DNA from: Thermoproteota archaeon
Lineage (GTDB): Archaea > Thermoproteota > Thermoprotei_A > Sulfolobales > Ignisphaeraceae
Length of the DNA stretch: 64,000 bases
Assembly: GCA_030550585.1 (NCBI GenBank)
Contig: JAUQPB010000002.1
Location: forward strand, 1 to 64,000
Direction of reading: 5' to 3'
Below, piece after piece: positions 23,813-34,128 of the stretch. The notes under the pieces are model-generated. The model was not told the origin of the DNA. It worked only from the letters and a program-made list of their open reading frames with translations, and did no database searches. Both the position numbers and the translations under genes were made by a program. Numbering within the stretch: the first letter of the stretch is position 1; every line of letters begins with the position of its first letter.

Positions 23813-24115
23813 ACGCAGTTTTGCCCCAAATGCGGAGGCTTAATGAAGCCAATGAAAAAAGATGACGGCTCAATGGTTTTGAAATGCAGTAAGTGTGGCT
23901 ACGAAATACCATTCTCCGGATCTTCTTCTGGAGCCGGCTATACAATGGGTATACAGACTTCATCTAGTGACAGGGTTAAAACAACTTCTGTTATCAGTGA
24001 GGGAAAGAAGATTGGGCGGAAGAAGGAGGAGATAGAGCAGGAAAAAGAGGAGTACTACAAAGAGGTTTTCCTTGATCTCCTCCGCGAGGAGGAGTATGGC
24101 GGTGAAGAAACATAG
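23813..24115 (+). CDS. TFS/RpoM-like protein, N-terminal zinc ribbon only; probable ACG start
   Basis: ACG-QFCPKCGGLMKP..CSKCGY; SD GGTGGTGA upstream; acidic tail. Confidence 0.75.
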   Translation, partial: TQFCPKCGGLMKPMKKDDGSMVLKCSKCGYEIPFSGSSSGAGYTMGIQTSSSDRVKTTSVISEGKKIGRKKEEIEQEKEEYYKEVFLDLLREEEYGGEET

Positions 24116-24189
24116 ATATTGATGTTGAAAACAGCCTAAAGAGGTTTGCTGATAAGGCTGAAAAGGAGTCTGACAAAATATATAACAAG

Positions 24190-25014
24190 TTGATTGGTAG
24201 GATAGGCTCCAAGAAATCAATTGCAATAATATATTGCGGATCTGTAGAAGGTGTTGCAAGGCATTTAGAATCAATTCTAAGGATATCAAGGCCCGGAACC
24301 AATCTATTGACAATGCACGGAGATTATATACATAATATAATGCTACCCTATGTAAGTGAATCCATAGACCAGGCATTGATTTTCTCACACAGTCTTGCAA
24401 CCTCATGTCTACTGAGAGCGTATCAGTCATTGAAACTTCTAGGCATAGACCTTTTGGCAGTTGTTTCAAAACCAACTGGTGTAGAAAGACCTTTGAAATT
24501 TGACGAGGAGAACATTATAGAAATTGATGAAAATGTGTACAGAGTAGCTACAACTTTGGCAAGTATAAAAATCGGTGTTGAACTTGGCGGCAGCATTCAA
24601 AGAATTAAAAGAATGGAGCAGGAGGTGACACTCTCTAGCATAGTTGGGGATATAATAAAGAAGTTTCGTGAAGATGCTGATAAGGTCAGGGAATGCGAAT
24701 TGATTGCAACTACACACTCTATGCTAAGTGTCGCAGAAGAGCTTGGAGATATAGGCTACCTGTATACTACAGTCGATAAATTACACAAGCTTATAATGAT
24801 TGCAAGAAGTGTTGGGATATTCTATACAACAGCAGAGGAACACATTGTGAGAGAGACAATAATAAATGTAAAGAGGTTGGCTATGCAGAAAAGCTTTGTA
24901 GAGATAAAAGTCAATACAGATCCCTTTACAGCACCATTATATGGATTGATCATAGCTTCTTACATTTCGTTGAAGAATCTTCGTGGAGAAGAGAGTACGA
25001 GATTAACTATATAA
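24190..25014 (+). CDS. Hypothetical protein (possibly degenerate SIS fold)
   Basis: 274-aa ORF; no firm motif. Confidence 0.55.
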   Translation: MIGRIGSKKSIAIIYCGSVEGVARHLESILRISRPGTNLLTMHGDYIHNIMLPYVSESIDQALIFSHSLATSCLLRAYQSLKLLGIDLLAVVSKPTGVERPLKFDEENIIEIDENVYRVATTLASIKIGVELGGSIQRIKRMEQEVTLSSIVGDIIKKFREDADKVRECELIATTHSMLSVAEELGDIGYLYTTVDKLHKLIMIARSVGIFYTTAEEHIVRETIINVKRLAMQKSFVEIKVNTDPFTAPLYGLIIASYISLKNLRGEESTRLTI

Positions 25015-25061
25015 GCTTTTAGACTCTGCACAAAAACTAGATATCTAGGCTTGAATGTGGC

Positions 25062-25137
25062 GCCGGGGTAGCTCAGCTGGTAGAGCGCGGGGCTGTTAAC
25101 CCCGTGGTCGGAGGTTCGAATCCTCCCCCCGGCGCCA
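25062..25137 (+). tRNA. tRNA-Asn(GTT)
   Basis: cgggg-CT GTT AA-ccccg, CCA. Confidence 0.95.
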
Positions 25138-25155
25138 AACCAATGTTGTCAAGTT

Positions 25156-25204
25156 ATGATGAGGCTCGAAAGGGTTGATTCGTGATAGACTCGCGCAGGT
25201 CTGA
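25156..25204 (+). ncRNA. C/D box sRNA candidate targeting tRNAs
   Basis: ATGATGA-12nt-TTGA..GTGATAG-guide-CTGA; guides fit tRNA-Glu(UUC) anticodon loop and tRNA-Leu variable arm. Confidence 0.7.
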
Positions 25205-25209
25205 ACCCT

Positions 25210-25830
25210 ATGAAGATTTTCCTTGGGGTTACCGGTGCTAGTGGATGTGTTATAGCATTGCGGTTAGCAGAGGTTCTGAATGGCTTTGGTCACGAGGTTT
25301 ATTCGGTGGTTTCTGAGAATGCACTCGTTGTTGCTGATTATGAGTGCAAAAATAGGGCTTGGTTCCTAGATAAGATAAAAAACTTTTCAAAAGTTCTCTA
25401 TAGTGAGAAAGATCTTCATGTAGATATTGCTAGCAGTAGCAACGCTCTTGATGCATACATAATTGCACCAGCATCAATAAAGACCATTGCAATGATTATC
25501 AACGGGTTGGCTGATAACCTAATTGTAAGAGCCTCTTTAATAGGGTTGCGGATGAAGAAACCTGTGGTAGCTGTTGTTAGAGAGGCCCCTCTTGGAATTG
25601 TGGAACTCAAAGTTCTTCTCAATGCGGCTGAACTTGGCATATCGATTGTGCCTGCTGTTATAGGTTTTTACTCATATCCCCAGAGTCTCAGAGATGTTGT
25701 AGACTTTATAGTAGGCAAGGTGCTCGATCTTTTAGGTATAGAGCATAATCTGTATAGAAGATGGGGAGGCTCTAGAGATCCTCAAATCCGAGATCCTTGC
25801 GAATACCTCTACGACTCAGCAAGTTCTTGA
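25210..25830 (+). CDS. ubiX: UbiX-family flavin prenyltransferase
   Basis: GVTGASG, IASSS, APAS..T, DNLIVRA, REAP, DFIVGKVLD. Confidence 0.93.
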   Translation: MKIFLGVTGASGCVIALRLAEVLNGFGHEVYSVVSENALVVADYECKNRAWFLDKIKNFSKVLYSEKDLHVDIASSSNALDAYIIAPASIKTIAMIINGLADNLIVRASLIGLRMKKPVVAVVREAPLGIVELKVLLNAAELGISIVPAVIGFYSYPQSLRDVVDFIVGKVLDLLGIEHNLYRRWGGSRDPQIRDPCEYLYDSASS

Positions 25831-26287
25831 GGCTGTCTGAACCCTCTCGCCTCTCAACCTCCTTCAAAAACTCATCCTCAGACTTCTCACTACTTTTGAT
25901 GGCTGCAAGACATCTGCCATCTGGCAAGAGGTATCTATTGCTACAAGATGCATACTGACACTTGTATCCAATGCAATAGTCGTTTACCCAAGTGCACCAT
26001 GCCACGGGTTTTCCATCAACAAGCTTTATTATAAGCGCTCGTTTTGCACATCTGAATAGGGGGCACGAAGGACTGCACTGAGTTCCAATAGGCTTTGGCA
26101 CAAGCTCTTGTCTGCTCTCTCTATGCTCTACCTGTTGGCGGTGTATAGGCTTCGAATACCTATCATCTCTTCTGGTATAGCCTTCTCCTCTCGGTGCTTG
26201 GCCATATCTAGAAAATTGCTTACCTTGCTTCTCCCTACTATCATCCTTCTTACTATGCAAACGATTTTCACCATTTCCAATAGACAA
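25772..26287 (-). CDS. Cys-rich conserved hypothetical protein
   Basis: CSPSCPLFRC..C.WVND.C.GYKCQYASC..LLPDGRC. Confidence 0.7.
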   Translation of the reverse strand: MSIGNGENRLHSKKDDSREKQGKQFSRYGQAPRGEGYTRRDDRYSKPIHRQQVEHRESRQELVPKPIGTQCSPSCPLFRCAKRALIIKLVDGKPVAWCTWVNDYCIGYKCQYASCSNRYLLPDGRCLAAIKSSEKSEDEFLKEVERREGSDSLKNLLSRRGIRKDLGFEDL

Positions 26288-26308
26288 AACTTCTATTTCT
26301 GGAATATC

Positions 26309-26878
26309 CTATAACTTAACCCATTTAAAAATTATATAGCTTACAGAGTAATCCTTTTCATTTACAATAGCCAGAACAGACTTCTTTCTAACACTATGCC
26401 CCATCCTTCCAAGCCCCACTATGTCCACAGCCCTTAAATAGTCGTTGCTTGAAGCCACTGTTATAACATATGGTGCGTGCTCAAGGCCAGGGCCAAGCTC
26501 ATACACTGTAAAATCTGATCCAAATTTCATTCCACTTCTAACTATGTAACCCTGTTCCCTCAAGTGCTTAAAAACAGCATATTTTCTTTTGAACTGCGGC
26601 ATAATGCTCTCGAAGTATTTTTCAAGATCTCTGCAACTGATTCTAGATCCGCGAAGCAATGGAGTTGCTACACCCTTTTCACATAGATATAGCGACTCAT
26701 ACATTGATAGGATAAGTGGTGTGTTGTATACAGTATTTGGATTGGGTTTTGAAATGCCTAGTGGCTTGCCTATGAACATCTTGAAGAGTTTTGAGGCTTT
26801 CTCAACATCAGCTACAATACCTTTCCAGCCAACAATGTATATGCTTGTCTTTAGCTCTTCTTTGCTATGTGAAGACAT
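26309..26878 (-). CDS. endA: tRNA-splicing endonuclease catalytic subunit
   Basis: GMKFGSDFTVYELGPGLEHAPY, GHSVRK (Tyr/His/Lys triad). Confidence 0.94.
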   Translation of the reverse strand: MSSHSKEELKTSIYIVGWKGIVADVEKASKLFKMFIGKPLGISKPNPNTVYNTPLILSMYESLYLCEKGVATPLLRGSRISCRDLEKYFESIMPQFKRKYAVFKHLREQGYIVRSGMKFGSDFTVYELGPGLEHAPYVITVASSNDYLRAVDIVGLGRMGHSVRKKSVLAIVNEKDYSVSYIIFKWVKL

Positions 26879-27537
26879 AGCAAGGCCTCGTATAGCTTAG
26901 ATACAGATCCCGCTAGATCTGCAAGATTATCTGATAACACATATGAATGCATGTCATTGTAAACACCGTTGGCAAGAATCTCATAGACATAGTTCTCTAT
27001 ACTATTCACAGCTTTGGAAACAGAATCTATCGTTTCATCAACTCTACCACTTTTTGAGGCAAGTGCGGAAAAATAGTTTGCTACAGTCTTCAAATACGAA
27101 ATTACCATATCCACTAGCTTCTGAGCCTGGATAAGAAATGCTTCATTCTCTCTCATTTTTCCCAACGACGCATTTATAAGTATTAAAACCTTGTATACAT
27201 CATGAAGGAGACTCCTAATATTATTAAGCAGGTTCATATAATGCACAGTATATGAAAACGTTGTTGAAACCTTTGCTAGGTATACATATGAGGACTCTAT
27301 AGAATCCTTACAACTATTGAACAATGCCACAGCTTTCTGAAACCTGCTTTTGACCCCCTCTAGTCTGTCTGAAATCATGTCGTCCAACATCTCTCTAAGT
27401 ATTTCGGCAAGCTGGGCAATCTTTGTAGTGGTATTGTTAAGGCTTTCTATAAGAGATTCCTCTGCTATTGACAACGGCGCAATATCTGGGCCCAGCACAT
27501 CGCTAGACAAACTGTTTTCACCATGACACATCTGCAT
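26851..27537 (-). CDS. Helical hypothetical protein (PhoU-like?)
   Basis: Amphipathic helical pattern, coupled to endA. Confidence 0.5.
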   Translation of the reverse strand: MQMCHGENSLSSDVLGPDIAPLSIAEESLIESLNNTTTKIAQLAEILREMLDDMISDRLEGVKSRFQKAVALFNSCKDSIESSYVYLAKVSTTFSYTVHYMNLLNNIRSLLHDVYKVLILINASLGKMRENEAFLIQAQKLVDMVISYLKTVANYFSALASKSGRVDETIDSVSKAVNSIENYVYEILANGVYNDMHSYVLSDNLADLAGSVSKLYEALLCLHIAKKS

Positions 27538-27581
27538 CTGCTAGACTAGAAGCTGTAGAGAGAATATAAATGTTATCATGT

Positions 27582-27998
27582 TCATACCTCTTTAAGAAGG
27601 GATTGTACATGTGCATTGATATATTTTGCAAGGTCTTTTATCTTGGAAACCCTTTCAATCTCTTTATCAATAGCTATTTCGATGCTTGTCAAACTTTTCC
27701 TATAGGTCTCTAGCCTGCTCCAAAATTCTATCTCCTCAGTTGTGGACACTTCGTATATGAAGAATGTGAGCAGATCCAGTTTTGCAAGAGATTCTTGGTC
27801 TAGCTCCTTTAGGTTGTACTGCGCTATAGAATGGAGTGTTGCACCAAGTTTCTGAGACAAGTTCTTTAGTTTCCTCACATACTGCTCAAATGTTTTTGCA
27901 GATGAGTTGTCAAGAGGCTCTAACCTTATCCTCCTACTTTTTCTCAAATGTCTGCTATGTTCATGCACTACAGTTTCTAGTAGTGTTACTATACTCAT
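27582..27998 (-). CDS. Hypothetical protein
   Basis: ORF in co-oriented run. Confidence 0.6.
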   Translation of the reverse strand: MSIVTLLETVVHEHSRHLRKSRRIRLEPLDNSSAKTFEQYVRKLKNLSQKLGATLHSIAQYNLKELDQESLAKLDLLTFFIYEVSTTEEIEFWSRLETYRKSLTSIEIAIDKEIERVSKIKDLAKYINAHVQSLLKEV

Positions 27999-28014
27999 TT
28001 ATTATGTCCCAAGT

Positions 28015-28416
28015 CTAGGCAGCTCTAATGGTACATATGCTATTGTCTGCTATGCCATTCTTTTTCATTAGCTCAGGATTGACATAAACAAAATTTGGAG
28101 ATGCAGAATCGTTTATCACAGCTTTCAACTTAAACCTCTTTTTACCTGCTACACTAATCTCTACATAATCTTTTATATTCAATTCTTTTGCTAGCAGTGA
28201 AGAAATTTTTGCCTCATCTTCATTAACACTATTGTCGTATAGCAATCTAAGCCGCTTCTCCTTTGCTCCCTGCTTCTTCCTAGACAAAACCTCTGAAGGC
28301 GGTGGTACAACTGCTAATAGCTTCTTCAAATCTATTTTCTCATGTTGCTCAATCTCCTCTGTAGCATCATCTTTAACATTATCGCCACTCACTTCAACAC
28401 CACCTTGGACTATCAA
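28015..28416 (-). CDS. Hypothetical protein (possible stand-alone double-psi beta-barrel)
   Basis: Two repeats of A.IS..LA.ELNI.D.V.I-type motif. Confidence 0.55.
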   Translation of the reverse strand: MIVQGGVEVSGDNVKDDATEEIEQHEKIDLKKLLAVVPPPSEVLSRKKQGAKEKRLRLLYDNSVNEDEAKISSLLAKELNIKDYVEISVAGKKRFKLKAVINDSASPNFVYVNPELMKKNGIADNSICTIRAA

Positions 28417-28483
28417 TCAAGGAATTTAGCTTTACATAAAATAAAAGTCTTTCTATCTTTAACTGCGAATTCATTTTCTAACC

Positions 28484-30244
28484 TTAATCTGACTGAGGTT
28501 CTATTACTGGATAACCCAACCCAAAGATGTCTATATCCTTAAGTCCCATGTCAATTACCTTTACAACATCGTTAATTGGTACACGAATCTGTTTTCTGGT
28601 ATCCCTATCCCTGATTGTAACATCTCTTTTCTCTATAGAGTCGTAGTCTACTGTAACTACATAGGGTATTCCAATTTCATCTGCTTGGGCATATTTCTTG
28701 CCTATTGATCCACCCTCTAAGTATTGCACATAGTAGAACTTTTTGAGCATATTGAAGATTTCTTGAGCTATTTTTTCAAGAGGCTCCTTATCAACTAGTG
28801 TGGCTATACCAACTTTTATTGGTGCTAGCCTCTTTGGTATTCTAAGTACAGTTCTGCCATCCTCTTCGTTATAGGCATACTCTAGTACGACGTACATGAG
28901 TCTTTCGGCACCAAAAGAAGGTTCGGCAACATGGGGAATAAACTTCTCTGTCCACACACTCTCTTCAACTGTTTCAATCCTTAGAACATTCTTAGGTATA
29001 TCAACACCACCAATATTAATGTAATCGCCTTTAGCCTCTTCAACAATTTTCATAAGATCCTCACTGTTTATTGTGGCTAGGGCTCTAAATATTGTGGAGG
29101 CTTTGGCGCCAAACATGCTTACAATAGCATTTTTATCGTATTTAATAACCCTCTTCTTAATTATTTTAGGGGACTTCAATTGTCTTATAGCATATAGATC
29201 AGCTTTGCTAAATGCAATATGTCTTTCAAGGTCATAGACATGGCGATATGCATGCCCAGAAACTTCTAGTTTACCAAGCTTCTCAACAAAGACTATCTGG
29301 TCGAAGGTCTGCTTAGAGTAGTGAGCTCTTTCACTAGGCAGCTTCTCCTCAAAATATGTTTTTTCATTGGGCACACCAAGAGCATTAATGAATTTTTTTG
29401 CTATGCACATCCAATATGCTAGCCAGGGGCTTACAATCATTTTTTCATTGTATGCTTCTACAACATTTACTGAGACATATCTATCCTCTCCCCTACTCCT
29501 CTGTTCAGCTGTTAAAATATTTATCTTCTCATTTGCACAATTCTCGTAAAGCAAATCACAGCGAGGGTCTGTATCATCGTAGAAAAACTCTATTTCCATG
29601 ATCGTAAACTCCCTTAGCCTTATCGGCCCTTGTCTAGGCGAGATCTCGTTTCGTGCTACCCTCCCTATCTGTGCTATTCCAATAGGTAGCCTTCTTCTCA
29701 TCAACTCATATACACGCTTAAAGTTTATGAACATACCTTGGGCAGCTTCAGGTCTCAAATATGCTAAGTTGTTTGGTGAGTATGGGCCTATATGTGTTTG
29801 GAAAAGCAATAGAAATTTGTGGACATTTCCAAGGGCACCTCCACAAACAGGACATCTAATGTTGTTTTCTCTTATAAGCTTGTCCAGCTCCTCAGCTCCG
29901 AGACCCTCTGCCGATATCCCCAATTTTTCTTCGACTAGGTGATCGGCTCTGAAGATTCTGTGGCACTGTAGACATTCTACAGCATAGTCTGTGAAATTCT
30001 CTTCATGCCCACTAGCTCTAAGCACCATGGCTGGCGTAATGATTGGAGTCTCGATCTCTACAACAAAGTCCTGGTGTTGCTTAACGAAATACTCTCTCCA
30101 AAGCTCGACAATATTGTTTTTTAGCATTACGCCTAGAGGTCCAAGATCGTAGAAGCCTGCCTGCCCTCCATAAATTTCATAAGATTGCCACAGAAAGCCT
30201 TTTCGAACAGCAAAATCCATTATCTTATCATATTTTGACGACAT
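28484..30244 (-). CDS. glyS: Glycine--tRNA ligase
   Basis: YLRPEAAQGMF, RNEISPRQG.IRLREF, EPSFGAER. Confidence 0.97.
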   Translation of the reverse strand: MSSKYDKIMDFAVRKGFLWQSYEIYGGQAGFYDLGPLGVMLKNNIVELWREYFVKQHQDFVVEIETPIITPAMVLRASGHEENFTDYAVECLQCHRIFRADHLVEEKLGISAEGLGAEELDKLIRENNIRCPVCGGALGNVHKFLLLFQTHIGPYSPNNLAYLRPEAAQGMFINFKRVYELMRRRLPIGIAQIGRVARNEISPRQGPIRLREFTIMEIEFFYDDTDPRCDLLYENCANEKINILTAEQRSRGEDRYVSVNVVEAYNEKMIVSPWLAYWMCIAKKFINALGVPNEKTYFEEKLPSERAHYSKQTFDQIVFVEKLGKLEVSGHAYRHVYDLERHIAFSKADLYAIRQLKSPKIIKKRVIKYDKNAIVSMFGAKASTIFRALATINSEDLMKIVEEAKGDYINIGGVDIPKNVLRIETVEESVWTEKFIPHVAEPSFGAERLMYVVLEYAYNEEDGRTVLRIPKRLAPIKVGIATLVDKEPLEKIAQEIFNMLKKFYYVQYLEGGSIGKKYAQADEIGIPYVVTVDYDSIEKRDVTIRDRDTRKQIRVPINDVVKVIDMGLKDIDIFGLGYPVIEPQSD

Positions 30245-30343
30245 CTCGCATCACTATATCACTTACCTGTAAACATTCTCATCTTTTAACTTAAAAACTT
30301 AATCTATAGAGAATTTTAAAATCATCTGGACTGGTGATGGCAA

Positions 30344-31270
30344 ATGAGAAACATCTATCTAGGTAGCATTTCAGAGTCAAATGCATTTCTTGGATTCAAT
30401 AAACAGCTCGAAGAGACGCCATTCATAGTTGTTGGCGCACCGCTAGACATGTCAACATCGTATAGAGGGGGCTGTAGCAGAGCGCCAAAAGCATTGAGAG
30501 AAGCCTCAAAATCTCTTGAGCTCTGCACAGCATTCTCAAATATTGATTTAGAACAGGTCGGTTTCCATGATCTTGGGGACATAGTTCTAGCGCCAGGCGA
30601 TATTTTACAGTCTCTAGCACGGATTGAGAACGTCATTTATGAAATACTTGGATATAACAAAATCGTGTTTATATTGGGTGGCGAGCATACAATAACTCTA
30701 CCGGCATTCAAGGCTTTTTCTAAGCGTTTTCAAAATCCGTGCCTAATAGTTTTCGATGCTCACGCTGATCTTAGACACGAGTACTTGGGATCTAGATACA
30801 ATCATGCAACAGTTATTAAGAGAATATCTGAAGAAACTCAATACAAGAAAATAGTAGTTGTTGGAGCAAGAGCTATAAGCAGAGAGGAGATAGAACAAGT
30901 TAAAAGCATGTATGGTAGAATAAGTGTTATTAGAGTAGTAGGCTCGGCTCAAAACGATTTTGTAGAGCGCCTAGAAAGAGAAGTCAAAGTTTGTGAAAAC
31001 AGTCCGAAGTATCTCTCAATAGATATCGACTTCATAGATCCATCATATGCGCCAGGCGTTCAAACACCAGAGCCTCTGGGTTCAACACCAACAGATTTGT
31101 TGAATGCTATAAGTAGGATTGTAGATGAGAAACTGCTTGCTATCGACATTGTTGAGATAACCCCTAAGTATGACCCTTCAGAGATAACAGCGTTTTTAGG
31201 TGCTAAAATAGTAGTTGAAATTGCGGGGATTATTGCAAGGAGATTGAAAGTTGGTAATGGCTGTTGGTAG
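30344..31270 (+). CDS. speB: Agmatinase
   Basis: [31 protein letters not shown]. Confidence 0.93.
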   Translation: MRNIYLGSISESNAFLGFNKQLEETPFIVVGAPLDMSTSYRGGCSRAPKALREASKSLELCTAFSNIDLEQVGFHDLGDIVLAPGDILQSLARIENVIYEILGYNKIVFILGGEHTITLPAFKAFSKRFQNPCLIVFDAHADLRHEYLGSRYNHATVIKRISEETQYKKIVVVGARAISREEIEQVKSMYGRISVIRVVGSAQNDFVERLEREVKVCENSPKYLSIDIDFIDPSYAPGVQTPEPLGSTPTDLLNAISRIVDEKLLAIDIVEITPKYDPSEITAFLGAKIVVEIAGIIARRLKVGNGCW

Positions 31271-31340
31271 CCGGGCGGGGATTCGAACCCCGGTCACGGG
31301 GGCCAGAGCCCCGCATCCTTGGCCGCTAGACGACCCGGCT
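31265..31340 (-). tRNA. tRNA-Gln(CTG)
   Basis: cgggg-CT CTG GC-ccccg on minus strand; CCA overlaps speB end. Confidence 0.95.
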
Positions 31341-31484
31341 TCACAGGCACTTTATTTTTGTGGAGTATTTAAGTCTATGTCAATATCCTTAAGCTTAAAT
31401 CACATGTTCAACAAAAGCGATGTAATTTGTTGTGGCGAAAAGTTTATAAACCTTTTGCAAGAAAGATTAAGAGGCGTTATAAGA

Positions 31485-32429
31485 ATGGTTATAAGACCTT
31501 CTGAGCCTTCTCAAGAAGATATTTTATCCCAGTGTCCCAGTGGAAACATAATTTACGATGAAGTTAGGGGGGAGTGGATATGCGCAGATAGCGGCGAGGT
31601 CATTGCTGAGCATGTTATTGACAGGGGGCCCGAGTGGAGAGCTTTCACAGCTGAGGAGAGAGATAGGAGAAGCAGGGCAGGTGGGCCAATTAATGTTGCT
31701 TTACATGATAGTGGTCTTTCAACTGTTATAGACTGGTATGATAGGGATGTGACTGGAAGAAAGTTTGACCTCAAGAAAAGACTGGAACTTATAAGAATTA
31801 GAAAGTGGCATAGCAGAATGAGAATTCAAAGCGCTGTGGATAGAAACCTTATACAAGCCCTAAACGAGCTTGATAGACTTGCCGACCAGCTAAACTTGCC
31901 TAGGACTGTTAGAGAAGAAGCTGCCATGATCTATAGAAAGGCTGTTGAGAGAGAGCTTGTGAGAGGCAGGGCCATAGATAGCATGGTTGCTGCCGCGCTT
32001 TATGCGGCTTGCAGAATCCATGGAGTTCCAAGAACACTAGACGAGATTTCAAAGTTTGCTAAGAGCACTAGAAAGGAGATTGCAAGATGCTACAGACTGC
32101 TCCTCAGAGAGCTTAGCCTGAAGATACCAATTGTTGATGCGGCGGACCATGCTCAAAGAATAGCATCAATTCTAGGATTAAGTGGAGCAACAGTCAAAAC
32201 AGCCATTGAGATAATTCAGAAAGCCAGGGAACGGGGGGTCACAGCTGGTAGGGATCCAGCAGGTGTTGCAGCTGCAGCAGTTTATATAGCTGCACTCTTA
32301 AACGATGAGAGAAGGACGCAGAAGGAGGTGGCAATGGCTGCAGGCGTTACAGAGGTTACAGTGAGAAATAGATACAAAGAGCTCATCAGTGTTTTGAGTA
32401 GTGAAGAGCTTAAGGGTAGTAAAAAGTAG
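31485..32429 (+). CDS. tfb: Transcription initiation factor IIB
   Basis: [10 protein letters not shown], cyclin repeats, [14 protein letters not shown]; BRE/TATA at ~31437-31450 supports ATG 31485. Confidence 0.97.
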   Translation: MVIRPSEPSQEDILSQCPSGNIIYDEVRGEWICADSGEVIAEHVIDRGPEWRAFTAEERDRRSRAGGPINVALHDSGLSTVIDWYDRDVTGRKFDLKKRLELIRIRKWHSRMRIQSAVDRNLIQALNELDRLADQLNLPRTVREEAAMIYRKAVERELVRGRAIDSMVAAALYAACRIHGVPRTLDEISKFAKSTRKEIARCYRLLLRELSLKIPIVDAADHAQRIASILGLSGATVKTAIEIIQKARERGVTAGRDPAGVAAAAVYIAALLNDERRTQKEVAMAAGVTEVTVRNRYKELISVLSSEELKGSKK

Positions 32430-32490
32430 CAGATGTAGCAATTCCTCTTTGTATTGTAGACCTAAATGAGTATTTTCCTGACTTAAAGCT

Positions 32491-32637
32491 CTAAATAGCT
32501 CTGATAGTTTTTACTTCGCCGCTTCTGGCCTTAGCTATAACTCTGTATCCACAGTAAGGACATCTTACAGTCATCATTACTGCTAGTTGAGATTCGTCAA
32601 ACTCTCTTCTGCATCGTATACATATATATTTAGTCAT
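32491..32637 (-). CDS. rpoP: RNA polymerase subunit Rpo12 (P)
   Basis: Not in ORF track: MTKYICIRCRREFDESQLAVMMTVRCPYCGYRVIAKARSGEVKTIRAI*. Confidence 0.92.
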   Translation of the reverse strand: MTKYICIRCRREFDESQLAVMMTVRCPYCGYRVIAKARSGEVKTIRAI

Positions 32638-32746
32638 GGTAAGCACCCAGCATGTGTAACATGTGTGTAAATATGTTCAAGCAAAGTTTGTACGAAGTAA
32701 ACTTTTAAACTCTTCTGTGCAAAACCTCTTTTGGGCATGTAAGCAA

Positions 32747-33058
32747 ATGAAATCAGAAGAGTGTATGGGGCTACCACCAGAGCTATGTACACAACTAGAA
32801 ATGGAATCACAAGTAATCAAGATCAAGCTGGAACATAGAAAAATGGGTAAGGTTGTCACAGTTGTTGAAGGGATTGATGAAAAAGCATTTGATTTAAAGA
32901 AGTTAGCCTCCTATTTGAAAACAAAACTGGCTGCTGGAGGAACTATCAAAAACGGCAGGATAGAGATTCAAGGTGATCATAGATCAAGACTGAAGAAAAT
33001 ATTGATTGAAGAATTCGGCTTCAAGCCAGAGAACATAGTATTCATAGAAGAAGAGTGA
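32747..33058 (+). CDS. sui1: Translation initiation factor aIF1 (SUI1)
   Basis: [30 protein letters not shown]. Confidence 0.95.
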   Translation: MKSEECMGLPPELCTQLEMESQVIKIKLEHRKMGKVVTVVEGIDEKAFDLKKLASYLKTKLAAGGTIKNGRIEIQGDHRSRLKKILIEEFGFKPENIVFIEEE

Positions 33059-33141
33059 AAGTGTGGTTGCTATATACAAAAATTTTTGTTTTGCCTTAGA
33101 ATATCGATAGAATTATTTGTGTAGAAGAATATGTTCTTGGT

Positions 33142-33202
33142 TCAGTGCGAGAGCTTATCATCATATACTTTCTCGGGGCTCAGACGGTTTGCCTATCATC
33201 AC
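33142..33202 (-). ncRNA. C/D box sRNA candidate for 23S helix 89 region
   Basis: Four canonical boxes GTGATGA/CTGA/ATGATGA/CTGA with 12-nt guides. Confidence 0.78.
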
Positions 33203-34128
33203 TTTCGGGCAAGTTGTAGCACATACCTGGCAATGCTTTTTGCTGGGTTGATACCGGTAACCTTTTGTATTCCTCTCCACTGGGGCGATGCATTAACTTC
33301 AAAAACTACGTAGCCATCCTTTGTTTCTCCAAAGTCTATACCTGCATAGTGAAGCTTTAAAATATCTAAGATCTTAAGTGAATACTCTTGCAACTCCTTA
33401 TCGAGATTCTCAATAGGTTTTGCGATAGCTCCCTGCGCTATGTTAGTCTTCCAGTTCTGGGGGTCTGTCTGTATTCTATAATAAGCTGCAACAATATCGT
33501 TGCCTACAACCAGCACCCTAATATCTCTGTTCGGTTTCTCGATAAATTCTTGAACATATATAGGCTGTTTTATCTGTGCGAGGGTTTTCCCTATGGTGTA
33601 TGCAAGATCCGGACTATCGACTTTTATAACTCCAAAGCCAAGACTGCCTATAAGAGGCTTTATAACTGCTTTAGAAAGTGTTTCAACAACCTTGACCGCT
33701 GTATAGTGATCTTCTACAACAATGGTCTTTGGAACTGGTATTCCGGCTCTGCTAAGCAGGCATAGGCTCAGATATTTGTCTCTTGCTGTCACATATGACT
33801 CAACCGGGTTTACCACTGGTATGCCTGTAAGCTCTACATGTTTGAATAAATCAACTCTTCGTAGATATGTCTCAACAGTTGTAGCAACACCTAAGTCACG
33901 TAGAATAACAGCATCAAAGTCTACGGGCTTCAAAGAATTTGTGTAGACTATTTCATGGGTTCCACCAATAAATGATGTTATGTCTGATGGTCTTATGTAC
34001 ACAGCTTCGCTGCCTAGCTCCTCTATTGCTAGCATTATTTGTCTGACGCTCCAGGGGGGTACAGGCTTGTCTGCTACAACGCTTACCTTCATATCGATCA
34101 TCATTGTTCTAAGTCTTTCAATAAACAC
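33199..34128 (-). CDS. RimK/LysX-family ATP-grasp ligase
   Basis: DKY..L..L..AGIPVP.T, KPL.GS.G.G, RDIRV, WKTN, FEVN. Confidence 0.92.
   Translation of the reverse strand: MFIERLRTMMIDMKVSVVADKPVPPWSVRQIMLAIEELGSEAVYIRPSDITSFIGGTHEIVYTNSLKPVDFDAVILRDLGVATTVETYLRRVDLFKHVELTGIPVVNPVESYVTARDKYLSLCLLSRAGIPVPKTIVVEDHYTAVKVVETLSKAVIKPLIGSLGFGVIKVDSPDLAYTIGKTLAQIKQPIYVQEFIEKPNRDIRVLVVGNDIVAAYYRIQTDPQNWKTNIAQGAIAKPIENLDKELQEYSLKILDILKLHYAGIDFGETKDGYVVFEVNASPQWRGIQKVTGINPAKSIARYVLQLARK

Noticed and set aside
31251-31484. Long N-terminal extension of TFB in the ORF track
   Set aside because: Overlaps tRNA-Gln; a TATA box supports ATG 31485.
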